In this document: piece by piece, positions 18,860 through 31,847 of the stretch | How positions within the stretch are numbered: the stretch's first letter is position 1 | Layout: each line of letters starts with the position of its first letter | DNA from: Cyanophora paradoxa CCMP329 | Lineage: Eukaryota; Plantae; Glaucophyta | NCBI GenBank assembly: GCA_004431415.1 | Contig: QPMI01000542.1 | Span: forward strand, 1 to 64,000 | Length of the DNA stretch: 64,000 bases | Reading direction: 5' to 3' | Notes under the pieces: model-generated | Told to the model about the DNA's origin: nothing | The model's input: the letters and a program-made list of their open reading frames with translations, nothing else | Databases searched by the model: none | Made by a program: the position numbers and the translations under genes

Positions 18860-21800
18860 TCACTCGTCCCCCCCCGGGAGCCACAGGCGCACGGCGGGCT
18901 CGGGCGCCTCCCCGTCCCCCTCGCCGGCCCCGCCCTCGCCGGCCTCGAGGCGCACGCCACCCTCCTGCTCCAGCAACAGCGCGAGCTTTGCGGACATCAC
19001 CGTCGCCCCGTCGTACTGCCAACCGTTCGCGCGGTCACGAGGGAGGCCAGAGGGCCGGGGCGAGTCGGAGAGCACCTTGCAGCCACGGAACTCCTGCGCG
19101 CGCTTCGTGCCGATGCGCCTGGCACAGAACACGCGCTGTGGGGGAGCAGGCGGGCGGTCAGACAGAAAGACGCCTGCAGCTGGAGAAGAAGAAAGGGGAT
19201 GGCAGCGGCCAGCCTGCCAGCCTGCCAGCCCCGCAGGTGCGCGTGCGCACGGGGAGAGTCGAGACGTTGATGGTCCCGTCGGGGCGACCGACGGCGATCA
19301 GGCCCCGCCCGCCCAGCGCGCCCTGCACAAAAGGCAGTCTAAGAAGGGGATCCGCCAGTCCTTATTTTGCAGAGGACGCACCTCGGCAACTGTGAACGAA
19401 GGAGATTCGAATTCAAATCCATTCAGAAGGAGCGGCAGGTTCATAATTCTTCGAAAAGGTTCCCATTCCGATCCATCCGACTTTCCGGATTGCAGCCCGT
19501 GCTCCTTGTCTACCTCATTCGACCCATCTGATTCCGATCCATCTGACTCCTCGAATTGCAGATTCTCCTCCCTGTCCACAGTCTCTGCCGACTGCCAGCG
19601 CCACACGTACGCCGGCGCCGCCTCCTCTCCTATTCGAGGGCGAATGCGCAGCGCCGCTGCATCCTGTCCACCCATGATGTGAGAAAGCAAAACCTCAATC
19701 GAATCGCGCATATGCCCAATCAAAGAAAAAACCTTTGAAAAGGCAAGTTTGAACTCAAATTGGGTATATATTTTCGGCGGAGGGAACTTCGTTCTTGCAA
19801 GCTCCGCCCCGCTCTCCAGGTCCCACACCCGCAGCGTCGTGTCCTCGCTCCCTGACACAGCGCGCTTCCCGTCCTGCGACCCGCCGATAGGCCCCCGAGG
19901 CCCCCGAGGTCAGCCTCGGGCCCCGGCCCCCGGCCCGCCCCCCGCGCACCGGCGAGATCGAAACCGAGCGGATCGCGTCCTCGTGACCCGCGAGGCACCG
20001 CAGCTCCGCCCCGCTCTCCAGGTCCCACAACCGCAGCGTCCTGTCGTGGCCCCCCGACACGGTGCGCTTGCCGTCCTGTGGTTTGCAGAAACCCCAAGGC
20101 TCCCAAGATCAGCCTCGGGCCCCGGGTTCCGGCCCCCCGGCCACCCCTCGCGCACCGGCAGGATCGCCAGCGAGAAGGCGAAATGCCCGTGGCCCGCGAG
20201 GCACCGCAGCTCCGCCCCGCTTTCCAGGTCCCACAACCGCACCGTGTCGTCGTCGCTCCCCGACACGGCGCGCTTTCCGTCCTGCGGATTGCAGAGACCC
20301 CAAGGCTCCCAAGATCAGTTTCGGGCCCCGGGTTCCGGCCCCTCCCTTCGCGCACCGGCGAGATCGCAACCGAGTTGACCGGGCACTCGTGGCCCGTGAG
20401 GCGGCGCAGCTTCGCCCCACTCTCCAGGTCCCACAACCGCAGCTGCAGCGTGTTAGCCTCCCTCCCCGACACGGCGCGCTTCCCGTCCTGCGGCCCGCCG
20501 AGAGGCCCCCAAGGCCCCCGCAATCAGCATCCGGACACAAGCCCCGGCCGCACCCCCCGCGCACAGGCGAGAACGCCACCGAGATGACCCTGTCCTCATG
20601 ACCCTCGAGGCACCGCAGCTCCGCCCCGCTCTCCAGGTCCCACACCCGCAGCGTCGTGTCCTCGCCCCCAGACACGGCGCGCTTTCCGTCCTGCGGCCCG
20701 CCAAGAGGCCGCCGAGGCTCCCGCAATCAGCATCCGGACCCAAGCCCCGGCCGCAACCCCCGCGCACAGGCGAGATCGCCACCGAGATGACCCTGTCCTC
20801 ATGACCCTCGAGGCACCGCAGCTCCGCCCCGCTCTCCAGGTCCCACACCCGCAGCGTCTTGTCCTCGCCCCCTGACACGGCGCGCTTCCCGTCCTGCGAC
20901 CCGCCGAGAGGCTCCCGAGGCCCTTGCAATCAGCCTCGGGCCCCAATTGCAAGCCCCCGCCCGCTGCCCGCGCACGGGCGAGATCGCCACCGAAGTGACC
21001 CCGCCCTCATGGCCCGCGAGGCGCCGCAGCTCCGCCCCGCTCTCCAGGTCCCACACCCGCAGCGTCGTGTCCTCGCTCCCTGACACAGCGCGCTTCCCGT
21101 CCTGCGACCCGCCGAGAGGCTCCCGAGGCCCCCGAGATCAGCTTCCGTCCCAAAACCAAGCTCGTCCCCCGCGCACCGGCGAGATCGCTACTGCGCCGAC
21201 ATCGCGCTCGTGGCCCGCGAGGCACCGCAGCTCCTCCCCGCTCTCCAGGTCCCACACCCGCAGCGTCGTGTCCTCGCTCCCTGACACCGCGCGCTTCCCG
21301 TCCTGCGGCCCGCCGAGAGGCTCCCGAGGCCCCCGAGATCAGCTTCCGTCCCAAAACCAAGCTCGTCCCCCGCGCACCGGCGAGATCGCTACTGCGCCGA
21401 CATCGCGCTCGTGGCCCGCAAGGCGCCGCAGCTCCGCCCCGCTCTCCAGGTCCCACACCCGAAGCGTGCTGTCGCCGCTCCCTGACACCGCGCGCTTCCC
21501 GTCCTGCGGCCCGCCGAGAGGCCCCCGAGGCCCCCGAGATCAGCTTCCGTCTCGAAACCAAGCTTATCCCCAGCGCACTGGCGAGATCGCTACTGCGCCG
21601 ACATCGCGCTCGTGGCCCGCGAGGCACCGCAGCTCCTCCCCGCTCTCCAGGTCCCACATCCGCAGCGTCTTATCCCAGCTCCCCGACAAGGCGCGCTTCC
21701 CGTCCTGCGACCCGCCGACAGACCCCCGAGGCCCCCGCAATCAGCCTCAGATTCCGAGCCCCGGCCCGCCCCCCGCGCACCGGCGAGATCGCCACCGAGA

Positions 21801-24800
21801 TGACCCTGTCCTCATGACCCTCGAGGCACCGCAGCTCCGCCCCGCTCTCCAGGTCCCACATCCGCAGCGTGCTGTCGCCGCTCCCTGAGACCGCGCGCTT
21901 CCCGTCCTGCGGCCCGCCGACAGACCCCCGAGGCCCCCGCAATCAGCCTCAGTCCCAAAACCCGGCCCGGCCCCCAGCGCACGGGCGAGATCGCCACCGA
22001 AGTGACCCTGCCCTCGTGGCCCGCGAGGCGCCGCAGCTCCGCCCCGCTCTCCAGGTCCCACACCCGAAGCGTCTTGTCGGAGCTCCCCGACACGGCGCGC
22101 TTCCCGTCCTGCGGCCCGCCGACAGACCCCCGATGCCCCCGCAATCAGCCTCAGATTCCGAGCCCCGGCCCGCCCCCCACGCACCGGCAAGATCGCCACC
22201 GATGAGACACTGCCCTCGTGGCCCGCGAGGCACCGCAGCTCCGCCCCGCTCTCCAGGTCCCACACCCGCAACCTCTTGTCGCTGCCCCCTGACACGGCGC
22301 GCTTCCCGTCCTGCGGCCCGCCGACAGACCCCCCATGCCCCCGCGATCAGCCTCAGATTCCGAGCCCCGGCCCGCCCCCCACGCACCGGCAAGATCGCCA
22401 CGGAGGAGACCCCGTCCTCGTGGCCCGCGAGGCGCCGAAGCTCCACTCCACTTTCCAGGTCCCACACCCGCAGCGTGCTGTCGCCGCTCCCTGACACGGC
22501 ACGCTTCCCATCCTGCAAGGCGCAGAGAAGCCCGAAGGCCTGGAAATCAGCCTCGGGCCCCGCGCGTCATCATATTCTTTGCAACGCACCCGAGTAATAG
22601 CGACAGCATTCACATAATCTTCGTGCCCCCGGAGTGCCGGGTTGAGTGTGACGCTGCAGTCCATGAGCACGGCCCCGCGAAGGTCCGCCCCGGCGAGGTT
22701 CGCGTCGAGGAGGCTGCAGCCCGTGAGGTCCGCCCCACGCAGGTCCGCCCCCGCCGCCTCCAGCCGCTGTAGATCGGCCCCGGGCACGCGCACGCGTCGA
22801 AGGCTGCTGCCCGCAAAGCTGTAGCCCGCTGCGGACAGTGTCAACAGCGTTGCGATCGCGAGCAAGTAGACCGCACCGCGGTTCAGGATTGTCATGGCGT
22901 TGGCAGAAGCGGTGATGTCTCCTGGCGTGGCGTCTTCGCGGCGGCTCCTCTCCATCAGCTCCAGCAGTTTCTGCGCCGGACTCCGATGTCGAAGCAAGCA
23001 ATGTGATGAGACGCATGCACAGCGGCGCAGCGCACGTCGCGGTAGTCGACGTCGGCGGTGCAGCAGTCGGCGAGGAACTGGAGGATCTTCGGCTCCTTCG
23101 TCAGCAATCTGGTCCCAGCAACGCCAACACGTGTGAATGCCAGGCAGGAAATTAAAGCGAAACTTGCGAATGCTGCACCGCAGGTGGAGGAGGCTGGGGT
23201 CCGCCCGCATAACAGCGGCGCTGCCGTCGGCAATGCTCTGCGCCCGGCGCAGGGCCTGCAGCTTCGCGTGTGGCCGGGCACGCTCCTCATGCGGGGCTGC
23301 CCCGACCTCGCCCTCGATCGCCTGGGAAGCGGCGAAGACGCACGTTCGAGCTGTGCGCATGCATTGGCAGGAGTCGCGATCCAGGCGCACCGATCGGAAC
23401 GCGTTGGCGCCGTCGGCGTACGCCCCCTCCGCGACAAAGTACTCCAGGAGCGTCTGCCGCGGGCGTCAGAACAAGGGACGGCGCCGCGGAGCGGGCGGGC
23501 CTTGTGGAGGAAGCGGACGGCCGTGCCGCCGTCGGCCGCCCGGGCGACGCGCAGCGGGCAGTTGTCGCGGCAGAAGGCGAGGACGGGGTCCGACGTGTAC
23601 GTGAGGAGCTCGATGCAGAGCCGGAGGTCAGCGCCCTGCGCGCCCTCCGCCGGCACGGCCGCCATCGACGTCGCATCCGCCGCCTTCGCACTGCGAGGAA
23701 CGTACTGCGCGCCCTTCGCCTTCTTTGGAGGGCAGAGCACTTCGGAGACGGCCGCCTGCACAGCCCCTGCCATCGGCCGTGAACGGTGCGGAGGGCGGAG
23801 GGCCCGCACTCGGAACATGGCGTCGGCAAGGTCCTTGCAGTACCCGCGGGAGTACTCCTGGAAGTCGCTCAGCGTCCAATCCTTCAGGTCGCCTGGCGAC
23901 GGAATCACGTGCACGTGTCAGATCACGAAATCAAAGCGATCACTGAGGTCCAGACAACAGCTATTCATGAGTCTCAAAAAAAAACAATCAGCCCGTACCC
24001 GTCTCCTTGGCCGCCAACGTCGACTTGTCCCACTGACGCTTGAACCACAGCTGCCCACGAACGCCGTCAGCCGTAATTCGCCCGGCGGCCCATGCCCAAC
24101 GGGGCGGCAGCGCCCCGGCGCACCTCGACGAACTGCTGGTAGAGCTCGCGGATCGTCAGGAGGTACGACGCGGCGGCCTTGGCCGGCGCGTTCTCTGAGT
24201 GGGCCGCCTCGCTGCGGAATGACGAAGTTAGTTGCAGCCGTTGCGGAGCGGCACGGAAAGCGGGGCTCACCGGCTCTTTAGTATCTTAGGCAGCGATTTC
24301 ACGACCATACTGCGCGCCCCGAGGCGACGGCAATCGTCAGGCATGAGTCGGCAAGGATCATCGGATCGGACGCACGTGAGCGTGAAGGGGTTCTCGATGA
24401 GCGTCGCGGTGCCGGGGACCTGCGCGATGCGCGCCGCGTACTCCTCCGCCGTCCACGTGCAGTCCAGGTCCCGCGAGCCCTCCAGCGCCGTGGGCCCGTA
24501 CATGCCGACGTACTTCGACACATACACTCCCACCTGCGGCAGGCTTCGGATAAGAGAGCTAGTGGCTGAAAGAGGCGCGAGCGGGCTCGCGGGCGGACCT
24601 GCTCCGAGTCGAACGGGTGGGTGCAGACCTCCTCGAGCGCCCCGCGATCGCCCCCCGGCGCGAACAGCGCCTGCGGGGAGGTCGCTTGGCGTGGCGGGGC
24701 GGGGCGGGCGGGGCTGCGGAGGGCCGAGGGGCGGCGCACGGGGTAGTCGGGCTGGGCGGCGAGGTACGCCGAGCGGCACGTGACGACGACGGCGGAGGCC

Positions 24801-27285
24801 CACTTGCCGAGCTCGTTGCCGTTCCAGAGGGCCGGCGGCCGGCCGACCCCAGTCTCCAGCTCGTCGTACGCGTCCAGCAGCAACACCAGCCCGCGGCTGC
24901 GCACAAGAATCGTCGAGATACGAAGGGTGGGCCGGCGGCGTGGGCACATGTGTAGCACCTGTCCCGCAGGGTGGGCAGGTCGGCCTCGGGCAAGCCGAGG
25001 ACGCCGGCCGCCTCCGCCCGCAGCCCGCTCGCCGCCCGCTCCCGCGTGATGTTCGAGAGGCGCAGAAGGCACGTGACGGGCAGCCGGTCGTCGTCGCCGG
25101 CCGGCGGGCGGCCGTCCGCCCCGGCCCACTGCTCGCAGGCGCGGCGGTGCAGGTGCGCGAGGAAGGTCGACTTGCTGGAGCCGGGCTCGCCCGCGATGAG
25201 GAGCACGCGGGCGCCGCCGGCGGGCGCGGCAGGGGCAGTGTCCGCAGACCCTGCCCCGCCCCGGGCGGGGAGGCGGCGGCGGAGGAAAGCGTCGACGTGG
25301 CCGGCGAGGTCGACGACGTTGCGGCGGGCGGCGTCCGTCGTCGCCTTTGGGTGCACGTACAGCGCCAGCGCCTGCGCCGCGTCCTCGTCGCCCGCCTCCG
25401 CCTTTGCGTACTGCGCCCGGCCCGCGAGTGAGGGGCGAGGCGGGAAGCTCCGCCTCCAGCTCCGCCAGGTGCCCGCCCTCCGCCAGCGCCGCCACCAGCC
25501 GCGCCCGCCGGTACCTGCGCCCCGCCGCTCGGCCTCGCGGTGCGGCCGCCCGGGCCGGGCGGGCGGGGCGGGGGCGGCACCAGCACTTCTTGCCCTGGAG
25601 GTCGTCGGCGCCGACGAGCTGGCGGAGGTCGGCCCAGAACTCCCGCACGTCCTCCAGCACCCCGGCCCCGTCCACCGAGCCCGCCGCCTCCTGCCCGCTG
25701 GCCCCGGTCGGGCGCGCGCCGGCGCAGGGCGCGCGGGGAAGGGAAGGGACTTTGGCGGCGGCGACGAGCTCCATGGCGGTGGTGACGCCGAAGCTGGAGA
25801 CGCCGTCGAAGACGACCTTGCCCGCCCGGTACAGCTTGTACACCACCCGCCCTGCCCGCCCGCCCCCGCCACGGTCAGCTCCCGGCGTCACCCGCCGCCC
25901 CGCGCCGCGCCGCGCACCGAGGGCCTTGGCGCGGCCGAGGGCGTTCTGGAGCGGGTCGTAGTCGGAGCTGGCGGCGGCGAGGGCCTGCCGCGCGAAGCTC
26001 GCCGCCGCCTCCGCGCGCCACCAGCCGCAGCCCTCGAAGCCCCTCAGCAGCGCGTCCAGCTCCTTGGCCGCCCCTCGTAGCTCAGCGCCGGCGCCTCTGC
26101 CGCCGGACGCTCGGCGCTCGGCCGGCGCTGCGCGAGCGCGCGCGGGGGCGGGCGGCGGGCGGCGGCGCACCGTCCGAGTCGAAGCCGGCGCCGCTGCCGC
26201 GGGCCTCGACGGCGGCGAGGGCGGCCGGCACGAGCCGCAGCGATGCCAGCGCGTCCACGTCCCCCGGCGAGGCCGCCCCGACGCCCCTCAGCTGCGCCCG
26301 TGTCAGGCGGCGGCCGCCGGCGCCGGGCGGGCGGGGCCGGGGCGGGGGCCGGGGCGGGGCGGGCCTGCTCGGCGCAGAACTCGACGAGGCGGGCGCGGTC
26401 GGTGGAGGTCAGCGTGCCCCGCGGCAGCCGCCCGAGCACGCCCGCCAGCGCCCCGACGCGCGCCGGCGGCACCCGCGCCAGCACCGTGCTCCGCCGCAGC
26501 GACAGCAGCACGTCGAGCAGCTGCGGCGCGGCGTCGGGGGATGAGGGCGGGGCGGGGCGGGGCGGGGGCGGCGCGGGGCGGGCGCAACGCTGCGGGAGAG
26601 CTCGGCGTCGCCCGAGAGGACCACCGCGCACGCGTCCGCGAGCTCCGCCGGCGACGGGATCGCCTTCTCAGCGAATAGCTCCAGCGCTGCGCGCGCGGGG
26701 CGGCCCGCCCGCCTGAGCCACGGGCGCGGGCGCGCGGGCAGGCGGGGCGTCGCCGGGTCCGGGCGGGCGGCGCGGACCTGCGCGGCACGCTTCCCTCGCG
26801 GCCTCCAGCGCCTTGCTCACGTCGCCCCCGAACTGCCTCTGGACGACGGGGAGTTCCAGGGCGAGCCGCGGCGCGTCGGGCCCGGCCGGCGCCGCCGCCG
26901 CCTCGCGGAGGAGCCCGCAGAGGCCCGCGAGCTGCGCGACCGAAGTGGCGTCCTCCAGCGCACTCAGCCTCCTCAGCTCGTCGGCCCCGCACACCCACGC
27001 AAGTCCGGTCACGGTCGCAGTCGAGGCTTCGTGTGCATGGGCGCTGAACGGAGTTCTCGTGCGCGCCTCTGCTACCGCTGCTGGGATTGCCGGCGCGGCG
27101 CTGACGGTCGTGGAGGGATTGCCAGCTGCAGCGGGGCCAGGCCCGCCCGCGCCAGGGGAAGTTCGGGCTTCGACCTCGGGCGAAACTGGGGCCGCGCGAG
27201 GCACTGCGCCCGTGCCGGTACCAGCGCTAGCAGCTGGAGCCGACGATGCGTTCGAAGGCGTGGGCGACGAAGCCCCGCAACCCAT
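18860..27285 (-). CDS. NLR-like NACHT / pentapeptide-repeat / WD40 protein (multi-exon), with a predicted N-myristoylation site
   Basis: Start MGCGASS. Walker [16 protein letters not shown] (~25190), Walker [11 protein letters not shown] (~24870), [23 protein letters not shown]|[19 protein letters not shown]. Pentapeptides [22 protein letters not shown]. Then 14 WD40 exons, a degenerate WD ([13 protein letters not shown]) and a terminal exon ..[18 protein letters not shown].. ending at 18860. Introns are GT-AG. Confidence 0.88.
19790..22515 (-). repeat. 14 tandem ~201-209 bp exon+intron units, each exon encoding one WD40 repeat
   Basis: WDLES core at ~19811, 20013, 20219, 20419, 20628, 20831, 21039, 21240, 21441, 21642, 21844, 22046, 22248 and 22450. 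Junctions read ..ATC TCG CCN|gtgcg..cag|GAC GGG AAG (phase 0). Confidence 0.95.
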
Positions 27286-27564
27286 CGCGCTGGAGCTGGG
27301 AGCAGGGGCGGATTCAGCGATGATTCACGCGCGCTGCTCTACGGTTGGCAGCACCGTAGGGCCGGCGTAGGCTCGATGGGGTGTACACTTGTGTGTATGT
27401 ACACTGTACCCCTCTCTGCCCCAGCTTGCTTCGCCAGGGTCGCAGGCACGGCGCAGCAAGCAGCGTAATGCGCCATTATAGATGACATGAAATGCGAAAT
27501 CAGGCTCTCCGCCGCCCTAGCTAGCGCGAACGGGAATAGCTAGGCGAGTCACCGAAGCTTAGCG

Positions 27565-30500
27565 ATGCAGTCGGCGCTGGACGATGACGTCTCCGGGAGC
27601 TTCCCGCGCGTCATCGAGCTCCTACGGGCCGCCCCGCCCGTGCGCCGGGTTCCCCTGGCCTCCCGCCTCGCTCTCTGCCGCTGCCGCTAACTCGTCCCTC
27701 GCCGTCGCCGCCCGCAGGCCTTCGTCAAGGAGCTCGAGGAGCAGGTGTGCCCCTCCGAGCCTGCCGGCCCTCCGAGCCCACCGAGAGCTGACGCGGCGCA
27801 GTGGCGGGCGTACTTCCCGCACCAGGCCCCGCCGCGCTTCACGAAGGCGTACGCTGCGAAGGCGGCGCCGGAGCCCGCGCGGGGCAAGCACGCGTCACCG
27901 CCGCGGCGCCCCGGGCGTCGCCCGTCGACGTCCGCCGCCGCCTCGCCGCTGGCGGGGGAGCGGGGCGGGTGGCCGGCGCCGGAGCCGCTGGACGCCGTGG
28001 ACCGCGTGCGGCGGGCGCACGGGTACCCGCACGTCACGACGAGCAAGTTCCGCGTCTTCCTCGGCCTCGTGCGCCCCGCCCCGCGCCTTCTCCGGCGCCG
28101 CCCCGCGCCGACGGGCCGGGGGCAGGAGCGGGAGGTGAGCGCCCTGGAGGAGCAGGAGGAGATCGAGGAGGAGCTGGCGCGCCGCGCCCGCTCGCCTTCG
28201 CCCGAGCCGCCCTCGCCCGCCGACCGCGGCTCCCCGCCGCCCTTCTGGCCCGACGCGCCGTCGCCCGCGCTGCGGCCGCCGCCGCTGGCCGGCCCGTCGG
28301 CGACGCTGCGGGGCCCCGGGACGCGGTCGCTGCCGACGCTGCACCCGCCGTCGCTGGCGCAGCCGCCCTCGGCCAAGGGCGAGTATGATGCCGTCTTCGG
28401 GCGCGAGGCCGCCACCGAGATGCTCGCGCGCGTCCTCGGCTCCCACCGCCAGGCAAGCAAGCGACCAAATTTGATCCCGGATTCGATCCCAATTTGATCC
28501 CGCCTTCAACCAGTTCCACCTGGACCGAATGGCCTTCGAGGCGTCCCGGCCCTCCACGCCGAACCAGGCACGCCAAGAGTCAAGTTTCCACGATTTGATC
28601 CCGGATTTGATCTCGATTCGATCCCGGCGCCCCCGCGCAGTCGCTGGCGACTGCGCTGGCGAACGCAAGCTCAGCCGCCGGCGCCGTCGCCCCGCGCGAC
28701 GTGCTCCACTTCCGCCGCATGCTCTGGAAGTACTGGCACCAGGTTCGCGGCCCGGCTCGGCTCCGCGCGGGGCCTCTTTCCTTTCCTCACCCGCGGTACC
28801 CCCCGCATCCGCAGCTGTGGTCCATCTACTCGTTCTACACAGCGCGCGACGAGCCGGCCGACCCCTCCGAGGTACCCCCCTCTAGAGTCTTTTCCCTTAG
28901 AGTGTTCCGGCATCGAATGCGCCCTCCGTGCTAGCCCGCTAGAAGCCCGCTAGGCGTTTGATCGCCCCCTCCCGTCCCACTCCCGCCCCACGACCCGGGC
29001 TCCCCGCTAGCCCCGGGCTCCTCCGCCGTCCTCCTCCTCCTCCTCCTCCGGCCGCGCGCCCACGCCGCCCGCCCGCGCAGCCGGCGGACCGCGCGATGGA
29101 GCGCGTCCACCTCCTCACGTGGGCCAACGACCTGCGGCTCGACCTCCACGTACCCTCCGCCGCCCTCGACGACGCCTTCTACTGCGCCTCCCAGGAGCCC
29201 CCGTCCGGCGCCCCCGGCGCCCCGCAGGTGTGTCACGTGTACCCCCCGGCTCTGTGTGCCCCAGCAGGAGTGCTGACGCTGCTCCGCGCCGCGCCGCGCC
29301 GCGCGTGCGAGCGCAGGGCCCGGTGCCGCCGACGCCGCCCGACGAGGAGAGCGACGAGGAGGCGGGGGAGGACGGGGGCAAGGCCGCGGGGGGCTCGGGC
29401 AAGGCGGCCGCCCCGGGCGAGGAGCTCGGCCCCGGCCGCAGGTGCCCGGATTGAATTCGCTTCGAATTCGATCCGATTCGAACCGAGGCCCGCGCAGGGG
29501 GGCCCACTGGCTGCGGAAGAACCCGTCCTTCCGGGGGAAGAAGGGCCGCCGGCGCGCCTCCCTCATCGGGGGTACAGGCGCCACCGAGGGCATCTTCAAG
29601 AACCGGCGGTACCCCCCTTCCATACCGCCCACCATTCTGTACCCCCCTCGAGCCCGGGTACGCAGGTGCCGCTTCCTCGACTTCGTGGAGATCCTGTGCC
29701 GCCTGGCCGTCGAGGTACGCCCCCCCCCCCCCCCCCCCCACCCGCCCTGCCCCCACCCGCCCTGAACCTTCACCCCCCGCGCGCGCCCGCGCAGCTGGAC
29801 AAGTCGTTCCGCCCTGCAGGCCCGCCGGCGACAGGGGCGCCCCACGCGGGGGCCGGCGGCGTTCGGTCCCACGTGACTCTCAACGTGGCCTCTTCTCGTT
29901 CCCTCGGCGGCTCCTCCATCGGCGGGGGCGGGGCGGCGGCGGCGGCGGCGGCGGCGGCGCTGCCAACGTCGGCCCCTCCGCGCCGGCCAGCGCCCTGGTG
30001 GAGGCCGCCGCCGCGATCCTCGCCGGCGGCGGCAAGGGGCCGCAGCCGGGAGGGGTACAGGGCGAGACCGAGGGCGCGCGCGTCACGGCCGCCGTCGAGC
30101 GCTTCCTCGTGCGCCGCCTCGAATCCCGCCGCGTCCCTTTTCCTCCTCTCGTTCTTTTGACGCCCTCCCTTCAGATGAACAGCGTGGTACCCCTGAGCCG
30201 AACCTCCCCCTCCCCCGACTCGAAGGAGCGAAAAATCCTCCTCAGCCTCCCCGTACAGGCTCGTACCCCCTTTCATTCCCCCCTCATCCACCTCGCTCAC
30301 CGTGTACCCCCCTCAGAGCGAGGCGTACCACCGGCGGCGGGAGCTGCGCGAGCTCTTCGAGCAGTACGCCGGCAGGGGGCGCACCAGGCGCGGCCGTACC
30401 CTCCCTTATCGCCCCCCCGACCTCCTCCCCCGCTCTAACTCCGCGCAGCGTCCGGACGGACGGGGGCATCACGCTCCCCTACCTCGTCGAGTGCGTACCC

Positions 30501-31847
30501 CCCGCAATATGTTTCCGGACCGGACGCTGAAGGGGGGTACAGCATACTGAGGAGGCGGGGGATGGTACGGCCGCCAGACCCGCAGGAGGAGGAAGGGGAG
30601 CCGGCCCCTCCCCCCCCGGACCCCGACGGCCCCATCTCCGTCACGGAGGCCGACATCGCGGTATCCCTCTCTGCTTCCCGTACCCCCCCGCTGAGCCTCT
30701 CTCCGACTGACCGGTCGATTGCGCAGACGTGCTTCGCGCTGAGCGTGCGGCCGCGCATCAAGTGCTGGCCATACTTCTCCAGTGCGCGCGTACCCCTCTC
30801 CAAGGCCGCGCGACCCCGTACCCCCTAACGTTGCTTCCCCCCTCCCCCTCAGAGTCGGCGAAGGGCGAGGCGGCGGCGCTGGCGGCGGCGGCGGGCGACG
30901 TACCCTCCGTCTACCTGAGCGTCGGGAGCGCCGCCGTACCCCTCTCCGCCGTCGTCGAGGAGGACCCCAAGGCCGAGGTACCCCCGTACCCCAATCGGCC
31001 TCCACAATTCTGAACAACCGATCAAATCGCGCCTCACACATTCATTCGCCCTCGCAGCGGCGGAAGCAGCGGAAGGAGAAGAAGGCCGCCAAGGAGAAGG
31101 CCGTGAGGGGGGCGAGGGAGGCGCCGCCCCCGGAGCCCGCCCCCCTCGACTCGGCCCTCGACCAGGTACGCGTTCCGTCCAAGGGAAGAAAGGGCCCCGC
31201 GCGGATTCGAACCCGCGTTCTTTTCGCAGGACGGGTTCCTGGACTGCCTCTGCCGCCTCGCGACGGCCTCCGTCGGGTCGACCACGGGGCCCGGGGCCGG
31301 GGCCGGCGGCTCCCCGCCCCGGGCCGCCAAGGCCGCCGCCGGCCCGGGCGGCCCGGGCGGCCCCGGGGACGCATCGCCCGGCCCGGGGCCGGCCTCGCCG
31401 CACCCTGTCCCGGAGCTCGCGCCGCCGCAGGGGCCCAGCCCTCGGACGGCGGTGGCTGCGGCGCGGACGTCGCGTACCGGCGGCGGCGCGGCGGCCGCCG
31501 CCGCCTCCGCCGTGCCGGCCGCCGTTGCGGCCGCCTTCGGCCGGGCCGCCGAGCGCGTCGGACTTTTCTTCGCCGCTCTGGCGCAGCCCCCGCCGCTCCC
31601 CGCCGCCCTGCACCGCACTTCTTCCCTGCCCTCCCTCCGCGCCGCGCCGGCCCCGGCGCCGGCGGCGCTGGCCTCGCAGCCCGGCGGGCGCCGCGCGCTG
31701 GCCTCGCGCCCCGGCGGGCCTGGCGCGCCCCCGAAGACGGGAAAGGGGCCCCGCCCCGCCCCGGGCGCGGCGGCCGCCACTCCGGCCCCCGGCGGGAGGG
31801 CCCCCGTACCCGTCAGCCTCTTCGGGGGGGCCCTCCTGCGCGTCTAG
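27565..31847 (+). CDS. Multi-exon host hypothetical protein ('gene X'), possibly with degenerate EF-hand-like segments
   Basis: ATG at 27565 (MQSALDDDVSGSFPRVIELL). Exon-like segments MLHFRRMLWKYWHQ|LWSIYSFY, LLTWANDLRL, CRFLDFVEILCRLAVE and RELRELFEQYA are bounded by GT..CAG introns. Stop at 31847. Confidence 0.65.

Noticed and set aside
19790-22515. CRISPR-like or DGR-like repeat/spacer array
   Set aside because: The repeats are WD40-coding exons with GT-AG introns. Variation is not adenine-specific and there is no reverse transcriptase in the window.
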